The notes under the pieces are model-generated. The model was given only the letters and a program-made list of their open reading frames with translations. It ran no database searches and was not told where the DNA came from. Below are positions 50,819 to 58,261 of a stretch of 64,000 bases of DNA, piece by piece. The position numbers and the translations under genes are program-made. Origin of the DNA: a virus; the IMG/VR virus record IMGVR_UViG_3300045988_111426. One strand, 5' to 3'. The stretch's first letter is position 1. Every line of letters starts with the position of its first letter.

Positions 50819-51415
50819 ATGAACCACCTAATAAAACCAATCTTTGAAAGTTGGAGATCAGATTTCACAAGGGTTATTGATTGTGGCTACGATGTTGATA
50901 TCTATGACGAAATACTAGCAAGTGTTATTGATGGTGACATTATGCAACCATTAAACACAGGTGGTGAAAGTTTCGTTTGGAAGCATATCGACGGAGACAA
51001 GGTTGTCAAAAGCACATCCACAAGACTTCTTGGTGTATCTTGCGACTATGAGGTCAACGCTGACTTCTGGTGCAGATCTCTTAAAACTTATAATCAAGTT
51101 TTCCCAGAGAGTAAGATAACACCGATCGCTTTCTGCATAATCGAGAACGACAGCAGTTACTTTATGACCACTCAGAAGTTCATCGAAGGTGTTGATGCTA
51201 CAGAAGAAGAAATAAGAAGAGATCTTCGCAAGAGAGGTTTTAGACCATGTAAAAACAAAGAAACTGGTTATTCTCGAAACATCTACTTTGATGGTTATTA
51301 TCTGATAGATGATGTTCGAGAATCAAACGTAATAAAAAGTGGTGGCGAATTTTACTACATTGATGTAGGTTGCTACATTGTGAACAATCCCGACAACTAC
51401 GAGTTTATCGATTAA
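50819..51415 (+). CDS. small atypical protein-kinase-fold protein
   Basis: 198 aa. Gly-loop-like NTGGESFVW, Lys in DKVVKS, catalytic-loop-like LIDDVRESNVI, DFG-like YYIDVG. Confidence 0.35.
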   Translation: MNHLIKPIFESWRSDFTRVIDCGYDVDIYDEILASVIDGDIMQPLNTGGESFVWKHIDGDKVVKSTSTRLLGVSCDYEVNADFWCRSLKTYNQVFPESKITPIAFCIIENDSSYFMTTQKFIEGVDATEEEIRRDLRKRGFRPCKNKETGYSRNIYFDGYYLIDDVRESNVIKSGGEFYYIDVGCYIVNNPDNYEFID

Positions 51416-51423
51416 AAATAAAG

Positions 51424-51464
51424 ATTGGGCGTAACAACAAAAATAGAAAGTTGTTACGCCCAAT
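51424..51464. terminator. bidirectional terminator hairpin between the kinase-like and phosphatase genes
   Basis: 15-bp stem ATTGGGCGTAACAAC/GTTGTTACGCCCAAT. Confidence 0.65.
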
Positions 51465-51483
51465 CTGTGTTCGGATTATTGTT

Positions 51484-52209
51484 TTATCTTAGGATTTCAC
51501 ACTCTCCAGTCTCGGTATCCAAGATGAATGCTTCGTGTTGATTAGAATCTGTGAAATAGAGGTTCTTACCATTGTCCATAGTCACACGATTAGAATCGAT
51601 ATTCGAGAAATCGAAAGCAGTATGACCAACTATTTGGTGATAATCTCCGTAAGGGTTTTCCGAGAGAGCATTTGGTCGAATCCAGATTGGAGACTGATGA
51701 ATGTTGTCACCATATTGCGATGTTGTCCGTTCATCTTTTCGGAACTCGACAATCCTTGGAGATTGCTTGAACACACCATTGATATCTTCGACACTTGAAT
51801 CTTCTCCAACCATTTCCTTGAACCAAGTCTCGGAGACCCCAGCATGAGAGAAAAGATAACCGTCAGATTCATAGGAGAGAACCAAAGTTCCTCGATCTAC
51901 AAGCTCATCAAGGAGACTTCCTACAAGGACAAATGTCGTGGTGGAAAATCCGCTGTATCTTCCCATGCAAAACTTTGTATAGTGGAAGTCATGGTTTCCG
52001 ATAAGCATTATGACTTTTTCCACTCCAATAGATTCTCGAAGAGCGAGGATCTTCTTGAAGTTCTCTGAAGCCACCTGCGCAGAGACTTTCTTGAATGAAT
52101 CGAAATAGTCCCCCATAAAAACGATCTTCTCGACACTGTCTTTGTTTTTTTGAACATGTTCTATCCAAAAGTCGCTTTCGTGAATGTCACCAATTATGAG
52201 AATCTTCAT
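51484..52209 (-). CDS. calcineurin-like metallophosphoesterase (PPP-type Ser/Thr phosphatase-like)
   Basis: 241 aa. Motifs IIGDIHE, FMGDYFD, IGNHD, SHAG and VGHT. Confidence 0.7.
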   Translation of the reverse strand: MKILIIGDIHESDFWIEHVQKNKDSVEKIVFMGDYFDSFKKVSAQVASENFKKILALRESIGVEKVIMLIGNHDFHYTKFCMGRYSGFSTTTFVLVGSLLDELVDRGTLVLSYESDGYLFSHAGVSETWFKEMVGEDSSVEDINGVFKQSPRIVEFRKDERTTSQYGDNIHQSPIWIRPNALSENPYGDYHQIVGHTAFDFSNIDSNRVTMDNGKNLYFTDSNQHEAFILDTETGECEILR

Positions 52210-52245
52210 TTATCGTCTAATCGTTGTTTATTGATTGTCTTTACC

Positions 52246-52270
52246 TATCTGCATTATCTTATAGCAGATA
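52246..52270. promoter_or_regulatory. palindrome TATCTGC-n11-GCAGATA in a divergent promoter region
   Basis: Lies between the divergent starts at 52209 (-) and 52297 (+). The same ATCTGC/GCAGAT core recurs four times at 62544-62697. Confidence 0.3.
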
Positions 52271-52296
52271 AACAACAAAACATTTCTTCAGAAAGT

Positions 52297-53946
52297 ATGA
52301 AAAAATTGAGGACTGTAGGTTCTTCGGCTATATTCGACATAGAGAAATCGCCAATGGAGATCGAGTATGTTATGGAGAAGGTTGAAGGTGAAAACTCATC
52401 TTCCTTGCTTCTCCGAGACTTTACGACTTCTTCCGATGGGAAAAATTGGGATTCGTGGAAATCGTATAACAGAGATTCTCTTGTCGGTGTTCACGGAAAA
52501 CATATCAAAGTCAGATACTCTCTTGTGGAGAACTTCTTGGGATCGACTATATCGATCGAGAAACCACTAATCAAGTACAAATCTCCACAGACCACTTTTA
52601 TAGATCAAGGAGAATCGTTCCTGCTGTCTGGTGTGGATTCACTTGCTGATTATTCTCGAATGTCAATAGGTCTTCAGAAATTGGAGATCGACATGAACTA
52701 TTACATCCAGCAACATTCAGCGGTGAGTGTTAAGTATTGGCACACAAATCCAGATCTGAAGTCCAAAGATGAGTTCTTAAGAGAATATTCTCTGCAGAAT
52801 GTCGTCGACATGAAGATCTTAAAAGTTGTCTTGAAAGACAACCAGATCCCAGAACCTAAGCATGAGTTCTCACAATGGGGGATCGAGTTTGAAAAACTGG
52901 AAGTTTACTTTGAGAAGACCTATTTCGAAGAAGTGTTTGGGATAAAAGAAGAACCAAGAAAAATGGACTACCTTTACTTCTCGGAGATTAACAGAATGTA
53001 CATGATCCAAGACGTTTATCTCAATCATGGGATAGGTGAACATGGAAGCTTCTATGTTTGTACAATCAAGAAGTATGAAGACATGACGAATGTCGACAAA
53101 AGGGATGATGATCTTGAGTTCTTAAAAGAACACGTGAAGATTGACGATTATTCAGATGAACAAATAGACGAAATGGAAGACATGCAGAACACGAAGCAAA
53201 ATCTGGACAACGTAGGGGTTGATGATCTTCTTCATTCAGAGTTTGATCCAAGTCTTGTTAAATCTGAAAGATGTGATTATGATAACAATGGGAACTCACT
53301 TGGAAAGTTCATCTACGACATGTCAGTAGGGAAAACTGGAGAAACAGCTATCAAATACCTCCCGAGAGTTCATTCACGGCAGGGGATTTCCTTCATGTTC
53401 TGGATAGAACTTCTCGACGACAGTCTTTCGAAAGTGATCAATGTAGATGGGAAACCATTCTCAATTTCCGTTTCAACAAAGAACATAGTCGTCAGTGGTG
53501 AACATTCGTTCTCTTTGGAAATTGATCTTGAGCGGAGAAAGTTCTATTGTGTTGTCATAGGAATCAACAATGAACACCACTTTATGAGGTTCAATATCTA
53601 TCAAGTAAACGATGGAGATTCAACAATTCTCAAGAGTGTCTTCGACCATACAGAACCAATGGAGAAGGTCATGAAACTTCTGTACAGAGAAAGGTCATCT
53701 GTTTTGGAGATTGATGGACAAGTCGCACTAATTACTGGGAAATACGCCATTCGACAGATTCGAATCGCAAATCACGAAGTTGATGAAACTTACCATTCTT
53801 ACATTATGTCGAAACAAATGGTGAAGACACCTTCGAAGTTCTTCATAATCGATGATTGTCGTGATCCATTGAACTTGGATAAAAAGTCAAGATCACTTTT
53901 CAGAGAAATCAACGAAAGTTTCCTTAAAAGAAGAACCATTCACTAA
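52297..53946 (+). CDS. hypothetical protein
   Basis: The first ATG at 52297 (MKKLRTVGSS...) gives 549 aa. The track start 52150 would overlap the divergent gene. Terminator hairpin downstream. Confidence 0.65.
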   Translation: MKKLRTVGSSAIFDIEKSPMEIEYVMEKVEGENSSSLLLRDFTTSSDGKNWDSWKSYNRDSLVGVHGKHIKVRYSLVENFLGSTISIEKPLIKYKSPQTTFIDQGESFLLSGVDSLADYSRMSIGLQKLEIDMNYYIQQHSAVSVKYWHTNPDLKSKDEFLREYSLQNVVDMKILKVVLKDNQIPEPKHEFSQWGIEFEKLEVYFEKTYFEEVFGIKEEPRKMDYLYFSEINRMYMIQDVYLNHGIGEHGSFYVCTIKKYEDMTNVDKRDDDLEFLKEHVKIDDYSDEQIDEMEDMQNTKQNLDNVGVDDLLHSEFDPSLVKSERCDYDNNGNSLGKFIYDMSVGKTGETAIKYLPRVHSRQGISFMFWIELLDDSLSKVINVDGKPFSISVSTKNIVVSGEHSFSLEIDLERRKFYCVVIGINNEHHFMRFNIYQVNDGDSTILKSVFDHTEPMEKVMKLLYRERSSVLEIDGQVALITGKYAIRQIRIANHEVDETYHSYIMSKQMVKTPSKFFIIDDCRDPLNLDKKSRSLFREINESFLKRRTIH

Positions 53947-53975
53947 ACGAAGAGACTTATCAACTAAAAAGAAGA

Positions 53976-54011
53976 ATGTGGGGAGAAGATGTTCGAAACT
54001 TCTCCCCACAT
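53976..54011 (+). terminator. terminator hairpin
   Basis: ATGTGGGGAGAAG..CTTCTCCCCACAT after gene 52297-53946. Confidence 0.6.
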
Positions 54012-54094
54012 CTGTATTCAAACATTGACCTTCCAGTCATATTCAGAAAAATTGACTGGAAAAATGACTGGAAATGTGTTATTAAACTATCACA

Positions 54095-54179
54095 TTAAAG
54101 GAAGGTACTTTCCTTGCACTCGAAATAGCCCGAGAATATGAAAATAGCGGAAAATGGATCAGAGTTCAAGGAAAGTACC
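54095..54179 (+). repeat. inverted-repeat element, copy 6 (locus unit A)
   Basis: TTAAAGGAAGGTACTTTCCTTGCACTC..GAATATGAAAATAGCGGA..GAGTTCAAGGAAAGTACC. Confidence 0.85.
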
Positions 54180-54353
54180 AAGGAAAGCCAAGGAGAGGTA
54201 TTCCGTGAGACTATGGGTCATCGTCCGAAGGCAATAGACCATTTCGAAGGATTATGGAAGACTATGGAAGACTATGAAAGACAATGACGATTGTTGAAAG
54301 ACAACGGAGGATTATCAAAGGATTATGAAGAGACAATAGTTCTGATTTGTTAA

Positions 54354-54438
54354 TTAAGACGAGGTACTTTCCTTGCGCTCTGAGATATTCAAGAATATGA
54401 AAATAGCGGAGACTATACTCGAGTTCAAGGAAAGTACC
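54354..54438 (+). repeat. inverted-repeat element, copy 7 (locus unit B)
   Basis: TTAAGACGAGGTACTTTCCTTGCGCTC..GAATATGAAAATAGCGGA..GAGTTCAAGGAAAGTACC. Confidence 0.85.
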
Positions 54439-54646
54439 TTCCTGTAATCAGGAGACATATTCTCGAGGATTATGGGTTTCTGTCGGAAGACAATCAAAGA
54501 CAATGACTGATTATGGAAAGACAATGATGATCATCAAAGGACTATTGAAAGACAATGACTAATCATCGAATACTATGAACGATAATCGGAAGACAATGAA
54601 GGATTATCAAAGGATTATTGAAAGAAAATGGCTAAAAATGGTCGAA

Positions 54647-54731
54647 TTAAAGAGAGGTACTTTCCTTGTCCTCGAAGACATTCAGTGGGGTAGAAATAGC
54701 GTCAAATAGATCAGAGCGCAAGGAAAGTACC
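54647..54731 (+). repeat. inverted-repeat element, copy 8 (locus unit C)
   Basis: TTAAAGAGAGGTACTTTCCTTGTCCTC..GTAGAAATAGCGTC..GAGCGCAAGGAAAGTACC. Confidence 0.85.
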
Positions 54732-55409
54732 TTCCTGTAATCAGAAGAGGTATTCTGTTGAATGGTGGGTTTCTGTCGGAAGACAATGACTATTGTCAAT
54801 GACTATGGAAAGACAATCGACTATGGAAAGACAATAGAGGATCGTGAAAAGATCATCAAAGACTTTGAAAGACAATCAAAGACAATAGCTGATTCTTTGA
54901 AGACTTTGGAATCTATTGATTAATCATTGAAAAGATCATCACTTCTTTGAAAATTTCTCTAAAGATTGATTGATAGACTGATGACTTTTGTCTGAATCAT
55001 AGATTTCCGCCCCTTTAATGATAATCGTTTTGAAGACAAAAGATGATCGTTAAATGGTTTTATTGTGGACGAGGATTGTTGAAAATCAAAATCAGTCTTT
55101 TTTGAATCCCAGAATAGACCAGAACAATTGAAAGAGACCATTGATGATTCCCGAGATATTTATGATTCTTGGAAAGACTATGATTCTTGGAAAGACAATG
55201 GAGGATTATTCAAAGAGAGATTGAAATTGAAAGATAATCATTCCAAGAACGGAGATTTGTTAAGAATTGTTAACTGATTTTGAATGGAAAGTTGAAAATT
55301 GGAGGATTCATCAGACAGATAATCATACAGATAATCAGATTATCCTCGGAATTTGCCGACAAACCGTGCGTATACACGAAACTTTAAAAAAACGCGCGAA
55401 TTCCCGTGT

Positions 55410-55438
55410 ATACCCGTATACGCATGCGGTATTTTTTT
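55410..55438 (+). terminator. terminator-like hairpin plus T7 run
   Basis: ATACCCG..CGGTAT stem followed by TTTTTTT. Confidence 0.35.
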
Positions 55439-55562
55439 CCAGTTTTATCGTAAATACAAAGTATTTACAACTGGTTTGGGGTCAGCCTTGGCACGATAGT
55501 GCCAAGCCAGGCTGCCCCAAACCATACATTGAGCGCAGAAACATGTCGTGCGCATGTTTTTA
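55439..55562 (+). ncRNA. candidate small structured RNA in the GC-rich core of the repeat locus
   Basis: Three consecutive hairpins: 55439-55474 (CCAGTT..GTAAATAC/GTATTTAC..AACTGG), 55473-55523 (about 21 bp, GC-rich, GGTTTGGGG..CCCCAAACC), and 55539-55559 (AAACATG/CATGTTT) followed by a T-run. No ATG-initiated ORF. Confidence 0.35.
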
Positions 55563-55799
55563 AATTTCCAGTTTAAACCAAAAGTACCAGGTGCGTGTTA
55601 GGGAACTTTAAAAAAACGCATGCGTGAAACTCCAAAAAAAGCGCACGCACGCAAAAAACTTTAAAAAAGACCTGTGTCAAATCCCCCGAACAGATTAACA
55701 CCTTTTAACACCTTAAAACCGATATTCTCTTTCCAAGATATTCCTCCCATAAGCCACAGAGACCATAACCCTCGAAAATATGTCTCCTTGGCTTTCCTT

Positions 55800-55884
55800 G
55801 GTACTTTCCTTGAACTCGAGTATAGTCTCCGCTATTTTCATATTCTCAGATATCTCAGAGCGCAAGGAAAGTACCTTCCTTTAA
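55800..55884 (-). repeat. inverted-repeat element, copy 9 (locus unit D, reverse)
   Basis: The reverse complement reads TTAAAGGAAGGTACTTTCCTTGCGCTC..GAATATGAAAATAGCGGA..GAGTTCAAGGAAAGTACC. Confidence 0.85.
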
Positions 55885-56087
55885 TTCAATTATTTTCGAT
55901 CATTGTCTCGATAGTCATTGATGATCTTCCATTGTCCTTCATTATTGTCATAGTCTTTTGATAATCCTTGGAAATAACCATTGTTTTCGGAAGATGATTC
56001 ATAAACCTCAAAAATGTTCAGAATCGATATTCCCATGTGAACCGAGGAGACCATAATAATCAGAAAATACTCTCCTTGGCTTTCCTT
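55885..56087 (-). repeat. same short-repeat family in reverse orientation (CATTGTC cores)
   Basis: CATTGTCTCG, CATTGTCCTT, TATTGTCATAG and CCATTGTTTTC lie between units D and E. Confidence 0.6.
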
Positions 56088-56172
56088 GGTACTTTCCTTG
56101 CGCTCTGATCTATTTTCCGCTATTTTCATATTCTTGAACCTCTCAGAGCGCAAGGAAAGTACCTCTCTTTAA
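56088..56172 (-). repeat. inverted-repeat element, copy 10 (locus unit E, reverse)
   Basis: The reverse complement reads TTAAAGAGAGGTACTTTCCTTGCGCTC..GAATATGAAAATAGCGGA..GAGCGCAAGGAAAGTACC. Confidence 0.85.
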
Positions 56173-56239
56173 AGCGTATCAATTGATAATACACTTTAAC
56201 ACATTTCTTCAATCTTCAATCATCCCTCAAACAACAATC

Positions 56240-56306
56240 CGCCAATCTCCGATGAATTGGTTCTTTTTGATAAAAAAGAACCAATTCATCGGAGATTGGC
56301 GTTTTT
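56240..56306 (+). terminator. exceptionally long hairpin plus T-run at the right edge of the repeat locus
   Basis: CGCCAATCTCCGATGAATTGGTTCTTTTT-GA-TAAAAAAGAACCAATTCATCGGAGATTGGCG (about 30 bp with one mismatch) followed by TTTTT. Confidence 0.6.
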
Positions 56307-56395
56307 GGCATTAATAACTGTGATGGTCGTGAATAGCTTCCAATAATCCTCCAAAATCATCAATAATCATCATTGAAACTAACATCTTGACATTC

Positions 56396-56409
56396 ACAAT
56401 AAGAACACC
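56396..56409 (+). promoter_or_regulatory. class-2-like motif ACAATAAGAACACC upstream of tRNA-Lys
   Basis: 39 nt upstream of the tRNA-Lys 5' end. A similar AAATAATAAGACTT at 61694-61707 precedes the tRNA-like/tRNA-Tyr pair. Confidence 0.3.
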
Positions 56410-56447
56410 GAAGCAATCATTCAGAAGAGATTGTTTAAGGTTGGTTC

Positions 56448-56520
56448 GATTTCATAGCTCAACAGGTAGAGCACTGCACTTTTAATGCAGGGGTTGTGGG
56501 TTCGATCCCCACTGGAATCA
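56448..56520 (+). tRNA. tRNA-Lys (anticodon UUU)
   Basis: 73 nt. Acceptor GATTTCA/TGGAATC, D arm GCTC-AACAGGTA-GAGC, anticodon arm CTGCA-CTTTTAA-TGCAG, T arm GTGGG-TTCGATC-CCCAC. Confidence 0.9.
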
Positions 56521-56541
56521 CAAAAAAGAACAAGAAACACA

Positions 56542-57087
56542 ATGCAAATCTTCGAAGATTACAAATTGGTGACTTTCTTCACTGGTTCGGACATTTTTAG
56601 CAACTTCTATAAGTCTGAGATCGATTATAATGGGATGACTTTCCATTGCGGTGAATCGTTGTTCATGTTCTTGAAAGCGAAGTACTTCGGTGATGAAGAT
56701 ATCGCAATGGAAATCCTCAAGAACTCTGATAGTCCTCGTTTTTGTAAAGAGCTTGGAAGACTTGTTCGAAACTTCGAAGATGGAAAATGGTCATCTGTCA
56801 GATATGACGTGATGCTCTTTGTAGTTCTCATGAAGCTAAGATCTTCCAAGACAATCAGAGATCACTACACACAACTGATAGATGAAGGTTATGAGTTTGT
56901 AGAAGCCAGTCCTTATGACAAAATCTGGGGGTGTGGACTTGCAGAAAATGATCTTCGTATCTTGGACAAATCAAAGTGGAGAGGATCGAATCTTCTTGGT
57001 ACGGTTTACAACAATGTTCACGAGATTCTGGATAATGATTCATTGAGAGATCTTTCGGATGTTTTTGGATACAGTAAAACGTTCTAA
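56542..57087 (+). CDS. NADAR / YbiA-like (DUF1768) protein
   Basis: Start moved to the ATG at 56542 because the track start lies inside tRNA-Lys. FFTGSDIFSNFY..MTFHCGESLFMFLKAKYF..PRFCKELGR..W..VEASPYDKIWGCGL matches the YbiA/NADAR pattern. Confidence 0.65.
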   Translation: MQIFEDYKLVTFFTGSDIFSNFYKSEIDYNGMTFHCGESLFMFLKAKYFGDEDIAMEILKNSDSPRFCKELGRLVRNFEDGKWSSVRYDVMLFVVLMKLRSSKTIRDHYTQLIDEGYEFVEASPYDKIWGCGLAENDLRILDKSKWRGSNLLGTVYNNVHEILDNDSLRDLSDVFGYSKTF

Positions 57088-57156
57088 AAACGTCTTTTAT
57101 AAGATTTCTGAAAAGGTTCATTAATTAATAATCACTCTTTGTTCAATTGAACAAAT

Positions 57157-57230
57157 GTTCCAATAGCTCAGTCGGTAAGAGCAACTGACTCATAATCAGT
57201 AGGTCGTAGGTTCAATCCCTACTTGGAACA
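57157..57230 (+). tRNA. tRNA-Met/Ile2 (anticodon CAU)
   Basis: 74 nt. Acceptor GTTCCAA/TTGGAAC, D arm GCTC-AGTCGGTAA-GAGC, anticodon arm ACTGA-CTCATAA-TCAGT, T arm GTAGG-TTCAATC-CCTAC. Confidence 0.9.
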
Positions 57231-57243
57231 CTCAAGAAAAAAT

Positions 57244-58248
57244 ATGAACAATCTGGAAAAGGGTTCAATCTCAAATCTCATCATGCATAACACAGCTCCC
57301 TCTTGTTATGATGTTTTTGTTGCAAACGATGAGGTGGAAATTGGTGAAGGGAAAACTGTCTCTCGAAAAGCAGTTTTCCATGTGGAGACACCACGTTCAT
57401 TGGGTGATGAAAATGAACTGTCTATCGACTGCACAGAAGAGACCATGACTGGGAATGAGGATGTCTATTATAAGACCTATCTGTATGAAGGTGGTAAGTA
57501 CATTGATAGGTCAGAGAAACTACATGATGATGTTTATGAATGTGTTTCCTATGCTATGCGAAAGATCTTTGAGAGATGCAAGGAACACAGTGATAAATTC
57601 ACCCCAGAGTTTGACTTCGAAATCCAATATGCAAGTTATGATAACGACGACGATTGTGTCCGCTGGATCTCTGCTGTAACACCTTGTGATGAAAGCACAA
57701 TCCTTGGATATGTCAATGTAGGATATAGGACTGTTGCACACCGCATCTGCAATGCATACCAAACAATCAATAGCCACTTCGATAAATCAACACAAGATTG
57801 CGTTACTCCACATATCGGTTTATATGAATCCATCATATTTTATAGAAGGCTCTATGATGGAAAATGGGGAGATTACACAGATTCAGACAGACCTAAAGTG
57901 AACCTCAATGCATATCTGAAGAAGTCCACCATCACTGATGATATAATCTTAACATGTTACGGATGTCTAGGGATTGGCGGAAAGATAAAAGATTTTCATC
58001 ATAATCTAGGCGAAGATCATAACAATGCTGTTTCCGAAGCATGTAATATCATCACCCATCATATCCTCAATGAATACTTCTTCTCATCCCCTCCAAGGAT
58101 GATTATCAGATCAATCGAGAAGTATAAACACATGGTGACTTTTGAAGGTGTGGATATTGGTTATTTCTTGTTTGCAAGAAGAGAAGATGCGATCACCTTC
58201 TTGACCTTCTTCGGGACGGCGGTTAGAAATCAGTTAGAGAAACAATAA
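57244..58248 (+). CDS. hypothetical Cys/His-rich protein
   Basis: The ATG at 57244 (MNNLEKGS...) gives 334 aa. The track start overlaps tRNA-Met. Confidence 0.65.
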   Translation: MNNLEKGSISNLIMHNTAPSCYDVFVANDEVEIGEGKTVSRKAVFHVETPRSLGDENELSIDCTEETMTGNEDVYYKTYLYEGGKYIDRSEKLHDDVYECVSYAMRKIFERCKEHSDKFTPEFDFEIQYASYDNDDDCVRWISAVTPCDESTILGYVNVGYRTVAHRICNAYQTINSHFDKSTQDCVTPHIGLYESIIFYRRLYDGKWGDYTDSDRPKVNLNAYLKKSTITDDIILTCYGCLGIGGKIKDFHHNLGEDHNNAVSEACNIITHHILNEYFFSSPPRMIIRSIEKYKHMVTFEGVDIGYFLFARREDAITFLTFFGTAVRNQLEKQ

Positions 58249-58261
58249 AAATACCAACAAA

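Larger units (their letters stand above)
54185..55340 (+). repeat. arrays of short degenerate direct repeats (GAAAGACAATG / GACTATGG / GGATTAT family), interrupted by units B and C
   Basis: AAGACAAT-type cores recur at about 10-11 or 18-22 bp spacing. Exact tandems: TGGAAGACTA x2 at 54256-54275 (followed by the variant TGAAAGACAA), GACTATGGAAAGACAAT x2 (18-bp period) at 54801-54836, TATGATTCTTGGAAAGAC x2 at 55161-55196. Confidence 0.75.
55378..55676 (+). repeat. four A-tract direct repeats AACT[TC][TC]AAAAAAA[CG]GC flanked by CG-rich patches
   Basis: GAAACTTTAAAAAAACGCGCG at 55378-55398. GGAACTTTAAAAAAACGCATGCGTG at 55602-55626. AAACTCCAAAAAAAGCGCACGCACGC at 55627-55652. AAAAAACTTTAAAAAAGACCTGTG at 55653-55676. 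Confidence 0.7.

Noticed and set aside
54185-55340. Possible CRISPR array in the short-repeat region
   Set aside because: The repeats are only 7-18 bp, degenerate and irregularly spaced (10-22 bp). They lack uniform repeat-spacer units, and no cas genes are in the window.
55267-55961. Track ORFs 55267-55563 (98 aa) and 55674-55961 (95 aa) as protein genes
   Set aside because: Both start at non-ATG codons (TTG, GTG). They run through hairpins, terminator-like elements or an inverted-repeat element, and they have odd composition. They are more likely chance ORFs in noncoding DNA.
56485-56541. Longer N-termini for the NADAR-like (56485) and 341-aa (57223) ORFs
   Set aside because: These starts lie inside tRNA-Lys and tRNA-Met respectively. 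Internal ATGs at 56542 and 57244, immediately after the tRNAs, give sensible N-termini.
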